64,000 nt of DNA from Eledone cirrhosa (taxonomy: Eukaryota), in the NCBI GenBank assembly GCA_964016885.1, contig OZ024751.1, positions 7,564,001 to 7,628,000 on the forward strand, read 5' to 3'. Each line of letters begins with the position of its first letter. Positions within the stretch are counted from its first letter, which is position 1. A model generated the notes under the pieces. The model worked only from the letters and a program-made list of their open reading frames with translations. It ran no database searches and had not been told where the DNA came from. This document shows, one piece after another, positions 46,397 through 61,745 of the stretch. The translations under genes were made by a program, and so were the position numbers.

Positions 46397-47313
46397 TATA
46401 TATATATACATACGTGCATATATGTATATATATATATGTATATATTTATATATACATATATATGTGTGTGTGTGTGTGTTTATGCATAAGTGAGTGCGTA
46501 TGTGCGCCTTCTCTACTTTGAGTACATACGTGTAAAATCAGCGGGTTAACGAACGAAACAACTTGTTTTATATATATGCTGCCTGGATAAACGTAATAGT
46601 CGTATTCACGAGATAAATTTGATAGTTGTTTCTAGAAATACGTAACATCATTTAGTCAGAAAGATGTAAGACAGATAGAATATGATGTAAAAAAATATTG
46701 ATCTCATTACAACAAATCAGAATATAGGTTATTTCATGTAAACATTGTTACCGCCTAATATGGTATCACTTCTGACAGTAGTAATAGCATTTCTTGTACA
46801 ATTCCAAAAGTTTCTAATGAATTGCCTGAAACGGAGCATTATGACCTGATGCTGATTCATGCTGTTGAGATGTTGGCAAGCACGACATAACTAATAGAAT
46901 ACTGATCCACTTCCTTAGCTGTTCAAACTGCTTGAAACAAATGAATTTTATTTACACATATTCGAACATCTTAGAGGAGAATCGAGTAGTTTCTATTCAG
47001 ACAGCAATAAACAAAAATAGCCGACAATCTTGACGCGAGATCTGTTCAGGTGCAAGGGTTAACCTTATATCTTAATTAAATTCTGTATTTTCCTAATGTA
47101 TGAGAAATAACTCTTGCTAATATTATAGTGTTTAGGTATATTAAGGTGTTTATTGGATTTAAATAATAATTCCACACACACACACGCAGGTGTATGTATG
47201 CATGCATGTGTTTGTATGTGTATATATGTGTGTATATATATATATATGTGCGTGTGTGTATTTATATGTATATATAAATATGTATATATATATACACACA
47301 CACGCACACACAA

Positions 47314-47400
<87 letters not shown>

Positions 47401-47410
<10 letters not shown>

Positions 47411-47632
47411 AGTATATGTATGTATATATGTATGATTGTATATATGTGTATATATGTGTGTAGGGGTTTATAATTATAAGGTTTTCCTTTCTATTTGTGT
47501 ACATGAATGTATACATATACTTTCTTCTTTCACATGTGTTTTCCCATATGTATTTATAAGTATGTGATTCTCCCCCCTCTCTCTCTATATACAATTATTT
47601 TTATATATATTATTGTATATGTGTGTGTAATT

Positions 47633-47714
<82 letters not shown>

Positions 47715-48195
47715 CTGGGCTTGTGTTGGTATGTGTGCGTGTATATATATATATATATATATAGTGGTGGAACACTGGAAGGTAATATCCGTAGTGGTAG
47801 AGCACTCAGTCCAAGGGACGAGTTAGACCGAGGTGGTTATACAACAGTTAGTTCACCATAGCGAGAACAATTGTTTCACCTTCGCGGATCTTCAGCTCGG
47901 GATGTGTATGGTTATAGGAACAGGAAGGACAACCGTACGAACGCGCACGCGCAGAAACTCGGTCACTTCACACAGGCAATACTACACTGCGTGCGGGGTG
48001 TGTAAGGGAGATAACTGTGAAAGTCCGGAAATGTTTTGCTTTAAAATAAAATAAAATATAAAAAATAATATTAAAAAGAATCATATATATATATGTGTGT
48101 GTGTGTGTGTCTGTATTTGTCTATATGTATATATATATATTTATTTATATATGTTTGACTGTGTCTATCTATCTCTATATATATATATATATATA

Positions 48196-48240
<45 letters not shown>
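47401..48240 (+). repeat. About 840-bp direct repeat, copy 1 (contains family E pLTR with a hammerhead at 47862-47899, minus)
   Basis: Near-identical to 55887-56728. Confidence 0.92.
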
Positions 48241-48246
<6 letters not shown>

Positions 48247-49255
48247 TAAACAAATAATGAACAAACAATTCCTTATATTAAACAAAAAAAGTTCATTATT
48301 TAACGATCGTTTCTAGGATATATATGTGTTATAATTGGTATGCATATTCAACAGATCTATGTACAAAATTATACAAAATTATACAAATTATCAAGATTAA
48401 ATATACATACCAAACACATATATACGCCGTCTTCAGAAATAATGAAGTATATTTATTGATAATAACAACAATTCAAAATTTCAGTTCAAAATTGACCAAT
48501 GAAAACATAAAGGGTTAAATGCAGTTCGGTGTGTGTATATACATGTAAAACCCTTACACATATTTTACAAAAATGTATGTATAATTTGTATACGCATACT
48601 AAAATGATGGATGCAAATACGAAATTTCAAGGTTAATGTCTCTGTGAGCTTACCATGCGCAGATAAGATACTTATGAAATCAAGTATATAAATATATTTT
48701 TTCATACTCACACATATCAGTACAATCACACATACACGCGCGTATATGCATAAATATACACATAACCACGAACATACAAACACACACACACCCCCACTCA
48801 CATTTATATATGTGGATATAAAATCATAAGCACAAGGATATTAATACACTCACATAAAACACTGGCACACACATTTCTAGATCAAGATACAGAAATTAGG
48901 TGGGAGGGGGGGGGGAGGGGTCAGTATTCAACTGTCTGAGCAAACTGTCTAATATAAATGTATCTATAAATTAAGAAAAATAAAAAAATAAAACAATAAA
49001 ATATAATAAATATAATATAATATACATACACATACAGATATATACACATACATACATGTACGCACACATAGAAATATTTACGCATACACACATACACACA
49101 TACATATACAGTCATACACACACATTCACTTACACAAACATACACATACACATATATAAAGATATATATATACACACACACACACACACGCAACACATAC
49201 ACACATACACATATATATAAAAATAAATAATAAAGATATATATCTATATATATAT

Positions 49256-49312
<57 letters not shown>

Positions 49313-49397
49313 CACACACATACATCTAAATATACATACACATACATACACACATACATGTACATACATGTACATACATATACGCACATCGATATAC

Positions 49398-49428
<31 letters not shown>

Positions 49429-49662
49429 CACACACATAGACATGTAGATACATACACACACAACTTACATACACACATATATATATACATGTATATTCAT
49501 ACATAGAATTAGATATATAATCATACATACTTATGCACTTACTTATACTCATATATACAAATACATACGCATCTATATATGCATATATACATAAAAAAAC
49601 TACAACCTCATCTAACGCAGACATACAAATAAAAATAATAATAAAAAGCAGATCGGAAATAT

Positions 49663-51942
49663 ATGTATGATTTCAATACTTACAAGAATCCACCACATAA
49701 CTTTTTACTTGAAGACTTCGAGAAAGACCTTTTTAATTTGATTAAACACCTCAAATTTAAAAAGTATAAATCCGTCTTTCAAAAGGACCTTGATTCTACC
49801 CTATTGGACCTAAAAAAGTCTAAAAAAATCCATGTCCACTCGGACAAAACTGGTAATTTGTATCATATGGATATTGAACATTATAACGAGTTCATATATA
49901 AAGAACTCAGAAAAAATTATAAAAAATCTAATAATGTGTCACTCACCAACATCAACAACAAAACACACAACATAGTAAAAAAACTAAACATTGAAGATAG
50001 AACTGAACCTTTGGCATTGAAAAGACCACACTTCAACCTGAAAGATCACAAATCTAACTTTAACTCAAATCCTTCTATTAGACTTATATGTCCCTCCAAA
50101 TCAGATATTGGAATAATTAGCAAAAAAATTTTAGATAGAGTCATCCCACAAATAAGAAAACACGTTATTTTACCACTCTGGGAAAACACCTCCCAGGTAA
50201 TTAACTGGTTTAAAAATATTAGGTGTAAATCTTCTGCTTCTTTCCTACAATTTGATATAGATAATTACTATTCTTCTATATCACCTATACTCCTGAACAA
50301 AGCATTGATATTTGCTAAAAATAGATCTAATTTAACTTTGGATGACATTAACATTATTACACATGCTAGACTAACACTTATTGAATTTCAGAATGAATAC
50401 TGGACCAGAAACACATACAGTAATCTTTTTGATATTACTATGGGTTCAAGCGATTCCGCCCAAATTACTGATCTTGTGGGCCTCTTTCTCCTTTTCAACA
50501 TAAATGCCTCTTTTCCCCACCTCAAAGGTGGTTTATATCGTGATGACTGTCTTCTTCTTTCTAACAACCTTAGCCTTTCAGAAATCGAAAAAAACAAAAA
50601 ACATATTAGAACTTTCCTTAAAGACTATTATAATCTTAATATTACTTTTGAAAAAACAAGTAAAGTAGTAAATTTCCTAGATATAACTTTAGATTTAGCT
50701 ACGGGTATCTACCAACCTTACCATAAACCTAACCAAAACTTACATTACATACACTCACAATCTAATCACCCTAAATCTATCCTTAAAAACCTTGCATATA
50801 ATATATCACTTAGAATTTCTAACCTTTCTTCTAACCAAGATGTATTTGATAAAAATGCGACCTTCTATAACGAAGCTCTAGATAGAAGTGGCCACAAAAA
50901 TAGATTAGAGTATATACCTTCTACTAAAAATACTGAAAGCATACAACATAATATTACCAACAAACACCAAATGAAAAGTACACACCTAAATGCCACCCAC
51001 ACTATACCCCAAAATACTAAATCTTCTAATATAAAGTATAGTAACTCTCAAAAAACTACTCATCATACAACTATAATAAATATTAATAATAAAACTCCTA
51101 ATAAAAAAGATAAAACACCTAAATCTACAAATATAACTAAAAATAGTTGTGGTGAGATCATTAACATTAATCCTCCTAGTAAAAATCACGATACAACCTA
51201 TAAAAATAATAAAAATAATAAACAACATAGAAACCGTAATAGACGGGTTACTTGGTATAATGCTCCTTTTAATTTACAAGTTAAGGATAATATTGCTAAA
51301 AAATTTTTTTATATCCTTGAGAAAAACTTCCCGCCAAACCACAAATACCATCAAATCTTAAATAGGTCTACAGTTAAATTCTCATACTCTACAACAAATA
51401 ACATAAAACAAAATATAAGTGCATATAATGCATATAAATGTAAGAAAACCATAAGTATACCACCAGTACATCAAATTAACCATAATATCTCCTCAAATAC
51501 AGAATTAACGAAAGGATGTAACTGTAGAAACAAAGCAAACTGCCCATTAAAAGGGAATTGTCTTGTTAACAACATAGTCTATAAATGTAATGTTAAAACT
51601 AAAGATTCTATTTGCTCATATATAGGAGCTACCTCTAACAATTTTAAGACAAGGTTTAATACCCACAAGCATAGTTTTAAAAATGCCGCACTGGCTAATA
51701 CAACATCTCTAGCAGAAAAAATCAATAGTTATAAAAATAAGAATATAAAATATGATTTGACCTGGAGTGTGCTCAAAAGAGCCACCCCTTATCAAAATAA
51801 TAGAAATGAATGTAGATTATGTTCCCAAGAACTATTTGAAATAATGAAGTCTAAGGATATCTTATTAAATAAACGACAGGAATTAATTATATCGTGTAAT
51901 CATAAACTAAAAAAAACATTTAAATATTATAAACCTAATTAA
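49663..51942 (+). CDS. PLE reverse transcriptase plus GIY-YIG endonuclease, 759 aa uninterrupted, possibly N-terminally truncated
   Basis: Motifs HSDKTGNLY, LKDHK..RLICPSKSDIG, QFDIDNYY, MGSSDSAQITDLVGL, GLYRDDCL, FLDITLDL, SNHP, CNCRNKANCPLKGNC..IVYKC..YIGAT..FKTRFNTH, CRLCSQE. Confidence 0.93.
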   Translation: MYDFNTYKNPPHNFLLEDFEKDLFNLIKHLKFKKYKSVFQKDLDSTLLDLKKSKKIHVHSDKTGNLYHMDIEHYNEFIYKELRKNYKKSNNVSLTNINNKTHNIVKKLNIEDRTEPLALKRPHFNLKDHKSNFNSNPSIRLICPSKSDIGIISKKILDRVIPQIRKHVILPLWENTSQVINWFKNIRCKSSASFLQFDIDNYYSSISPILLNKALIFAKNRSNLTLDDINIITHARLTLIEFQNEYWTRNTYSNLFDITMGSSDSAQITDLVGLFLLFNINASFPHLKGGLYRDDCLLLSNNLSLSEIEKNKKHIRTFLKDYYNLNITFEKTSKVVNFLDITLDLATGIYQPYHKPNQNLHYIHSQSNHPKSILKNLAYNISLRISNLSSNQDVFDKNATFYNEALDRSGHKNRLEYIPSTKNTESIQHNITNKHQMKSTHLNATHTIPQNTKSSNIKYSNSQKTTHHTTIININNKTPNKKDKTPKSTNITKNSCGEIININPPSKNHDTTYKNNKNNKQHRNRNRRVTWYNAPFNLQVKDNIAKKFFYILEKNFPPNHKYHQILNRSTVKFSYSTTNNIKQNISAYNAYKCKKTISIPPVHQINHNISSNTELTKGCNCRNKANCPLKGNCLVNNIVYKCNVKTKDSICSYIGATSNNFKTRFNTHKHSFKNAALANTTSLAEKINSYKNKNIKYDLTWSVLKRATPYQNNRNECRLCSQELFEIMKSKDILLNKRQELIISCNHKLKKTFKYYKPN

Positions 51943-52496
51943 TAACATTATTTTAGAAATTAATATATAATTTAATTTAAATGTTAGTTAACCTATAAAT
52001 TTAATTTAATTAATACTTTATTTCAGATGAGAATATAAAATATTATGTAATCATAAATTGTGAAAAACCTTTAAATATTACTAATATATACTTAGTAATT
52101 TAATTTATAGATTAATTTTAATTTATTTAAACCTTTTATTATAACTCTTTTACAGATAAAATATAACAAAATAATATCGTGTATCCAATGACAGAGAAAT
52201 AAATTTTAGTATTATAGACCTAATTAATATACATTTTAGAAATATATTTATTATTTGGTTTTAGTTTTAATCAACCTAAAAATTTTAAATTTTAATTTTA
52301 ATTTGCTTAAAATTAGTATCCTCATACAGACGAATTGCAGAATGTCATGTAATCATAGAATGGGATGCGTTTTGGATATATACCTAGTTAATATATTCTA
52401 TGCAATTTTTTTTTTTTTTTTTTTTTTTTTTTGAAAAAGATATGTATATGTATACGTGTATGTGTATGTGTGTGTGTGTATGTGCATGTGTATGTA

Positions 52497-52541
<45 letters not shown>

Positions 52542-53670
52542 GTGTATATATGTGTGTGTGTATATGTATGTATATGTGTAAGTGTATGTATATGTATATG
52601 TATGCGTATTAATTTTGATTTCTATTTGCATATAATTATATTATGCTATTGATGAAATACAGTATCTGCTTTATGTATTGTATACCTAATTAACATATAC
52701 TATTGAAATAAATATATAATTTTTAATTTAGTTAACATATAATTTATATTCTACTACCGATGTAATACTTTATTTTATTTTTTTTCCCTATTACTAAATT
52801 CATTTCCTAATATTGATACCATAACGTTATTAACTTTAATTTAGTTATACTGTAATTAATAATCTACTACTGTTTGACTTCAAAATTCTGCTTCAAATAT
52901 TATAAACCTAACTAATTTACACCTTAGAAATCAATATGTTGACTATCTTTGGTTTAGTTAACATATGATTAATGATATACTTATTTATTTTGAGATGCAT
53001 AGTATTTCCTAACACTGAAAATATGTAAGAACATACATTGGATAAAAATACGGAAAATTTTCTATGTTTCTTGAAACATATATTTACTTTGATCCCCTTC
53101 TCCAAACCCCCCCTTTCCCCCATACTATTATCATCTGTATTTGTAAGCGTCTATGTATGAATATATATGTAGGTAGGTGTCTATATAGGTTTGGGTATTT
53201 ATATCTAAATATAAAAATACATATATGCGCATGCAAATATGAATGTAAGATTGCGTGTGTATATATGAGGTTGTATATGTATGTATATATGTGTATATAT
53301 GCATTATATATGTATGTGTATGTGAATGTGTATACGTATATGTGTATGTATGTGTATATATGTGTGTGTATGTGTATGCATGTATATATAGGAATATATA
53401 TATGTATATATATGTGTATATGTATATGCGTCTGTATGTATATGTGTGTGTATGTGTGTTGTGTATATATATGTATGTCTCTCTATTTATATGTTTATCT
53501 TCGTATCTATGTGATATATGTATGTGTGTGTGTGCTTGTATGCATATGTATGTGTTTATGTGTATTTGTGTGTGTGGGTGTACATATATGTGTGTGTGCG
53601 CACACACACATATATATATGTGAGTGTGTATATGTGTCTGTGTATATGTGTGTGTGTATATATGTATATA

Positions 53671-53718
<48 letters not shown>

Positions 53719-53808
53719 TGTCTATGTGTGAATATATGTCTTTATTAGTATGTGTGTATTTATGTATGTATATGTTTATATGTATGTATGTATATGTATG
53801 TATGTATA

Positions 53809-53847
<39 letters not shown>

Positions 53848-53979
53848 ATATATATTATTCTTTATTATTATAATATAACTTATGTGTATGTATGTATAAG
53901 GGAGGTTGTGTACGTGTTTATAATATGTGTATATATAAGTGTAATTAATGTATATATATATATGCATGTCTGTTTTTTA

Positions 53980-54026
<47 letters not shown>

Positions 54027-54139
54027 GTGTGTATATATATATATATATATATGTGGGTGTTTGTATGTGTATTTATGGTGGTATGAGTGTGTGGATATCT
54101 ATGTGTATGTATATATATATATATGTATGAGTGTATGTG

Positions 54140-54175
<36 letters not shown>

Positions 54176-54487
54176 TGTATATATATATAGGTATATATAT
54201 ATGTGTATGTATGTGTCTCTATATATATATCTCTATTAATGCGTGTGTGTATGTATATACATATGCCTTTTTATTATTATTTTTATTTGTATGTCTGCGT
54301 TAGATGAGGTTGTAGTTTTTTTTATGTATATATGCATATATAGATGCGTATGTATTTGTATATATGAGTATAAGTAAGTGCATAAGTATGTATGATTATA
54401 TATCTAATTCTATGTATGAATATACATGTATATATATATGTGTGTATGTAAGTTGTGTGTGTATGTATCTACATGTCTATGTGTGTG

Positions 54488-54518
<31 letters not shown>

Positions 54519-54603
54519 GTATATCGATGTGCGTATATGTATGTACATGTATGTACATGTATGTGTGTATGTATGTGTATGTATATTTAGATGTATGTGT
54601 GTG

Positions 54604-54658
<55 letters not shown>

Positions 54659-55468
54659 ATATATATATAGATATATATCTTTATTATTTATTTTTATATA
54701 TATGTGTATGTGTGTATGTGTTGCGTGTGTGTGTGTGTGTGTATATATATATCTTTATATATGTGTATGTGTATGTTTGTGTAAGTGAATGTGTGTGTAT
54801 GACTGTATATGTATGTGTGTATGTGTGTATGCGTAAATATTTCTATGTGTGCGTACATGTATGTATGTGTATATATCTGTATGTGTATGTATATTATATT
54901 ATATTTATTATATTTTATTGTTTTATTTTTTTATTTTTCTTAATTTATAGATACATTTATATTAGACAGTTTGCTCAGACAGTTGAATACTGACCCCTCC
55001 CCCCCCCCCTCCCACCTAATTTCTGTATCTTGATCTAGAAATGTGTGTGCCAGTGTTTTATGTGAGTGTATTAATATCCTTGTGCTTATGATTTTATATC
55101 CACATATATAAATGTGAGTGGGGGTGTGTGTGTGTTTGTATGTTCGTGGTTATGTGTATATTTATGCATATACGCGCGTGTATGTGTGATTGTACTGATA
55201 TGTGTGAGTATGAAAAAATATATTTATATACTTGATTTCATAAGTATCTTATCTGCGCATGGTAAGCTCACAGAGACATTAACCTTGAAATTTCGTATTT
55301 GCATCCATCATTTTAGTATGCGTATACAAATTATACATACATTTTTGTAAAATATGTGTAAGGGTTTTACATGTATATACACATACCGAACTGCATTTAA
55401 CCCTTTATGTTTTCATTGGTCAATTTTGAACTGAAATTTTGAATTGTTGTTATTATCAATAAATATAC

Positions 55469-55623
55469 TTCATTATTTCTGAAGACGGCGTATATATGTG
55501 TTTGGTATGTATATTTAATCTTGATAATTTGTATAATTTTGTATAATTTTGTACATAGATCTGTTGAATATGCATACCAATTATAACACATATATATCCT
55601 AGAAACGATCGTTAAATAATGAA
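55469..55623 (+). ncRNA. Hammerhead with an about 115-nt stem II (family G); mirror copy at about 48292-48446 (minus)
   Basis: TTCATTATTT-CTGAAGA-[tatatatgtgt ttggtatgtatattt..aatatgcataccaa..acacatatata]-GAAA-C gatc G-TT^AAATAATGAA. Confidence 0.75.
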
Positions 55624-55808
55624 CTTTTTTTGTTTAATATAAGGAATTGTTTGTTCATTATTTGTTTAATATTTTATCTTGACTCTGTATACCGTTTATC
55701 TTTCACCGAAAGTCGTTTTTCATTGCATCTCTTCTTTCCATGATATCCGGAATACATTGAGTTCTTCATACGGATTGGACACTACCGTAAACTCTTGGTA
55801 GATTTATC

Positions 55809-56860
<1,052 letters not shown>

Positions 56861-59058
56861 GGTGAGGTAAAGAAATGAGAAAAATAGGTAATAAATAAAT
56901 ATATCAACAGCTACGTACATGTTTAAATCTTGCTATTCATTGTTAATTACTTGCTATCATTTCTTTTAAAATCTTCGCTACTTGAATCAATTATGAATTT
57001 GAACCTCAATATATTATTGCGGCAAATTATCAAAACAGCAACTCTAAATGCACTTAATGCGAATATAATCGCATGTTTAGTAAATATAATTGAACGCGTG
57101 TAGCGATTTATAATTACATAGTTAATTATAACTTAAGCTATTTTCCAAATAAAAAATTAATATAGCGTTTCTTAATGTTAAGATTCCGTGCATATATGTA
57201 TGCGTGTTCTATTAAGATAGAAATTCTATTTCAATGAATATTTTCAAATGTAAATGAGTAGCTATAGTATATCCGCATAAAATATACTTAAAAAAAACAA
57301 TCTTCCTTGTTTATGTAAAAGAATATAGTAATAACTTATGAAATGAAGGAATATAAATGAGACTATATTCAACTATAAAACTCAATTTATTTAGAAATGC
57401 GTTATTTCATTCCTCAGCTTATTATTAGATTCATCACACTTTCACTGAATTAATCCACGAAATTGTTGAAGTGTTGAATGTACAATGTCACAACTTTATA
57501 TAACATTAAAATTAAATATTCTAACACATCTAGTGTTGTAATATTAGCTTAACTTGACCAAGTACCACCGATTATTTATTAATCTAAATATTAATGCATA
57601 ATATATGTTAATACAATTCCTTTCAGCAACATGCACTAATGACTCTTATATTATTCAGCATAATTAACATCTGAGAATCCATCGATGAACTCCAATATTC
57701 AGAGATTATCCTGACTTTTAAAAGAAAAAAGAAATAATGCTGTTTAGAATATAAAATAGGCGAGTGTGATAATATTTGAAAAGCAGCTATTCTAAGGTGT
57801 GCAAAATGCAGGAAATGTATTTACAAATGGATATTATATTTATATAAGCTAGTAACGATATATTTCTGTCACGCTTTAACTAATTCGTGAAACATTCTCA
57901 CCTTTGCAGTGAAAATTGTGTACATTTATAGACACATTAATTATATTTGGAAACCAAGAGTCAAATGTAACAGATGTACGTAACTACATTTTCCAAAATC
58001 CTCTGTCCATTATGTTAAGCCTCCGATAGCAAGCTTGCTTCACTTTTCCCTTCATTTTTCAAGGATCAACCAAACGAAATAGTGAAGATCCAACCACCCC
58101 TCGAATCTAGTACGGTTATATTTCTTCAGCAATAGAAAAGTATTTGGTGAGAGGATATACAGACCAAATATATTTAATAAATACTAACAATCTATAGTTG
58201 GAACTTTTGTGCTATTTGCCTGAGAAACATAGCCTCATGTTGTTATTTTTTCTAAGTAAAGAATTACACTAGAATTCCATATCTTGGATATCTCCACACT
58301 TACCTGTAGAGTGTTTGTTTTATTCAGTATTAGATTATATTCTTACCAGCGGAAACGGTCTGCATATGAAGGCAGTAAGTACAACGATATGAGTTCAAGT
58401 AATTATGGCTACTATTTATGGCTAATATTAACCTAATGTGATGTGTATACGAAACATGAATACTCTTCCAAATAAAAATTCCCTTCACACATCTGCAATC
58501 ATACCTCACGTTTATTTCTCATCGAGTAAAATCTAACAACACTGAAATGCATCAGAATATTTTACGAGGAGAATAAAATACCTATATGCTAAGTGTAACA
58601 TCATTAGATTGTCATTGATTTTTTTCTTATATAATCTTATGAATATATGAATTTTCAGAACACATGGTCGTCGTAGTCAAATTTTTAAATGATTTATAGA
58701 ACTTAAAGCATCAAGGGGGAAAGAAAAAGGAAGCATGTCAATACATTTTCTTTTCTGTTGAGATAAAAAAATCTAAATAAAATTTTCTGATTTTCAAAAT
58801 TGATAACTTTATCCAAGAGGATTTTTATTATATTACTGTAACATGCTTTTAAAAAAGTGAACACTTTTAGTCTTCAACTATTTCATTATTTTTATCTTAA
58901 ATTTGACGCATAATTCACATCTTAAGAAAAAATGAAATATTCAAATTAATTCGATATTCTGTTCCTTTTACTTATTACATATACGACTGAATCCCCATCA
59001 TGATGTTAAGATGGGTATGTAACTGTCTATTATCGTATACACATATACACACACACAC

Positions 59059-59105
<47 letters not shown>

Positions 59106-61329
59106 ACTAGATTCTTAATATGTACTTATCAATCCAGCTTAGATATGTTGTTATATATATGCAGCGCACACGCATCCCAGTATCTAATACTACAAACGCA
59201 CCTACAATCACTCACACTCACTCACGTACACACGAACACACACACACACACATGTACACACTGATATATATATATATATATATATGCACACACAGAGATA
59301 TAGCCCCCCCCCACACACACATATACACATATATAAGATATCCCTTTACAAGATTATTCAGAAATGCTGTCAAATATATAAAGCTGAACAATGCAATTAA
59401 AGAAATATTAAAACAAGGTATTGTAGTTAACTTTTCATTGTTTTTACGATCGTTCCAGAGGGCAAACATATAGATGGGTAGCCACGAAAAGCATATCATT
59501 TTTACTGTTTATCCTCAAAAACAATACAGCAAAAATAATGTATTTTTCAAATGTCTGATTGACATGCAGAATATATTCATACTTAAGTGTATAGATGAGT
59601 CACTCATGAGTGTCTCTTCAATAATTTGAGTTACATTGCAATAAACCAGGATACAATAAGCATGATATTATGGGCGTCTTAAATAATCTTTTCTTCTTTG
59701 TATTTCTTTATACCGAGAATATTTAGAAACGTTATTTGAAACCAAATCTCATAATGACATTTGATATGGATTTAATTTCATTCTGCCAGAGGAGGATTTG
59801 ATTTAAAACAGTGAATCAAGGATTTGCCGTATCTTCTCTCTATTACCGGGTAGGAAATGTCATGTCAGTTACTGAATAGTTATCCCAAGATAGACTGATA
59901 ACATTTCGTCAGTGAAAAAATAATTTTAGTTTCTATAATTGCTGAATATAATATAAACAGTGTCTCTATTAAGACATACATATAACAGCTCATCACGTTA
60001 CGTGGATTAATCTATATTGTATTAGCATTTATTTTTCAAAAATATTTTCACATTGCGGAAACATTCACTCAGAAATTATCACGAATCACTGACATATAAT
60101 GAGAATTATGCTTCATTCGGCTGCGAGCTATCATTTCAGCTTCTACTTCAGTAGTGTATAGGATCTTATTAATTTATTCTTACTAACATCTGCTTTGTTT
60201 AAACTCATGCATTATTAATTAAGGACATATCATTCGTGTCATGATATTTCCAGTAATTACAATAATTGCTAATACTTTGTCACCAACGCCTCATATTCGA
60301 TTATATACACTGAAACATGAAGTAGTTGGTGTATGTATTCTCTAGTATTGATAGTAATAAACCGGAATAATATTTTGACATTAATTTCTGATAGTAATAT
60401 CTATTATTTAATAGGTATTCTTTGTTTCTAGAACACCTGGCAGTTAATATTGTCTTTCATAATCTCACACATTTTAACCACTCTTCTTCTAAGGATACAT
60501 ATCATATATCTTTAAATCATTGATAACAGAATGTTTATATGTTAAACCTGCTATATTTACAGATTCTCGTTTTTGTTTTAATCCTATTTTACAGTCTTTG
60601 TAGTTTATGTTCTTGTATGTTCAAATACTCTGTGACATTCATAGTTATGAAGCATTCCAATATCAATAATTCTTCTGAAACGTATTTATTTTTCATACAG
60701 AGAACATTTCCCGGTGATATAAGGGATTCTAGATACTATATTAATTCATAAAAATGTTAATCATTGTTGTATGATAGTAAACCACTGTTACGTGATTGAT
60801 GTAATATTTTGAAAATCAGGAACAGAGACCACGGATTTTCTAATACAAAAAAATAACATATGGACAGATATTTTCGTACCATTCTTTCTCAGCGTAATCC
60901 CAGTTTTTGACAGCCTGCTTCAATTGATATTCGTTCCATCCTTAACAAAGAATAGAGCTTTACATAAAAGAAAATTAAAATAATAACACTATGGTGTTGC
61001 ATATATTTAGTTTTGGAATATTAACGGCATCCATTGAATTACAGTAATGGAAAGAATAATACTAACATATTTTCATATATGAAATTACAGCGAACAGCTG
61101 GAAATTATATGAGGAATTGTATTACCGAAAAGAGATAGTAATACATTCGTAGTGTTTTTCTCATAGGTTATATAATTGTTGGTATTTTTGTATCATTAGC
61201 AATACTGTCCAATTCAACGAAACCCATTTCCATTTCGTTTTATTGTTGCTAAACCAGTCATAGAATTATTGAACAACGGAAAAAAGAACAATACGGTTTA
61301 TATACAAGCAACACTTAAACATTCATAGG

Positions 61330-61745
61330 TTGATTATGAAGGAGTGATGCTAGGGCTGTGAAATTAAGCCAGCCTTATTTCAACTGCTCTTATTAATAAC
61401 TCCATTGTTTCTTTCCAGGAAAGAAAAATTACCCTCATTTGCTAATTTCATTAGGGTATCTTGGTCAGCATATGACGCGTTGATGCTAGAACTGTGACAT
61501 CTCCAATGTTTTAATTTTAAATGTTCTTATTATTAATTGTATTATTTCTTACCGAGGACTATGTTGAAAAATATATCTCATTTGGGCATTCCTTGAGAGT
61601 ATCTTGGTCAGCGTACGAAGCGTTGATGCTACAGCTTTGAAAACTTGCATGCATTAATTTCAGCTCCTCTTATTAATAACTGCATTGTTACTTTCCAGGA
61701 ACTATGTTAAAACATAAAACTCATTTGGTCAACCCATTAGTCAGT
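61330..61745 (+). repeat. Diverged tandem repeat, period about 140 bp, about 3 copies
   Basis: gatgcta at 61346, 61483 and 61625; tcttatta at 61388, 61526 and 61668; ctcatttg and gtatcttggtcagc also recur. Confidence 0.75.

Larger units (their letters stand above)
48241..55808 (+). mobile_element. Young Penelope-like element (probably Hydra clade): inverted 5' pLTR 48241-49650, ORF, long microsatellite-rich 3' UTR, sense pLTR 54264-55808
   Basis: The 1.4-kb arms are near-identical reverse complements, and both ends abut (TA)n. Confidence 0.92.

Noticed and set aside
48241-55674. Long inverted arms interpreted as TIRs of a DNA transposon or DIRS element
   Set aside because: The enclosed ORF is RT plus GIY-YIG with no transposase or tyrosine recombinase, and the arms are asymmetric and carry an HHR, as expected for PLE pLTRs.
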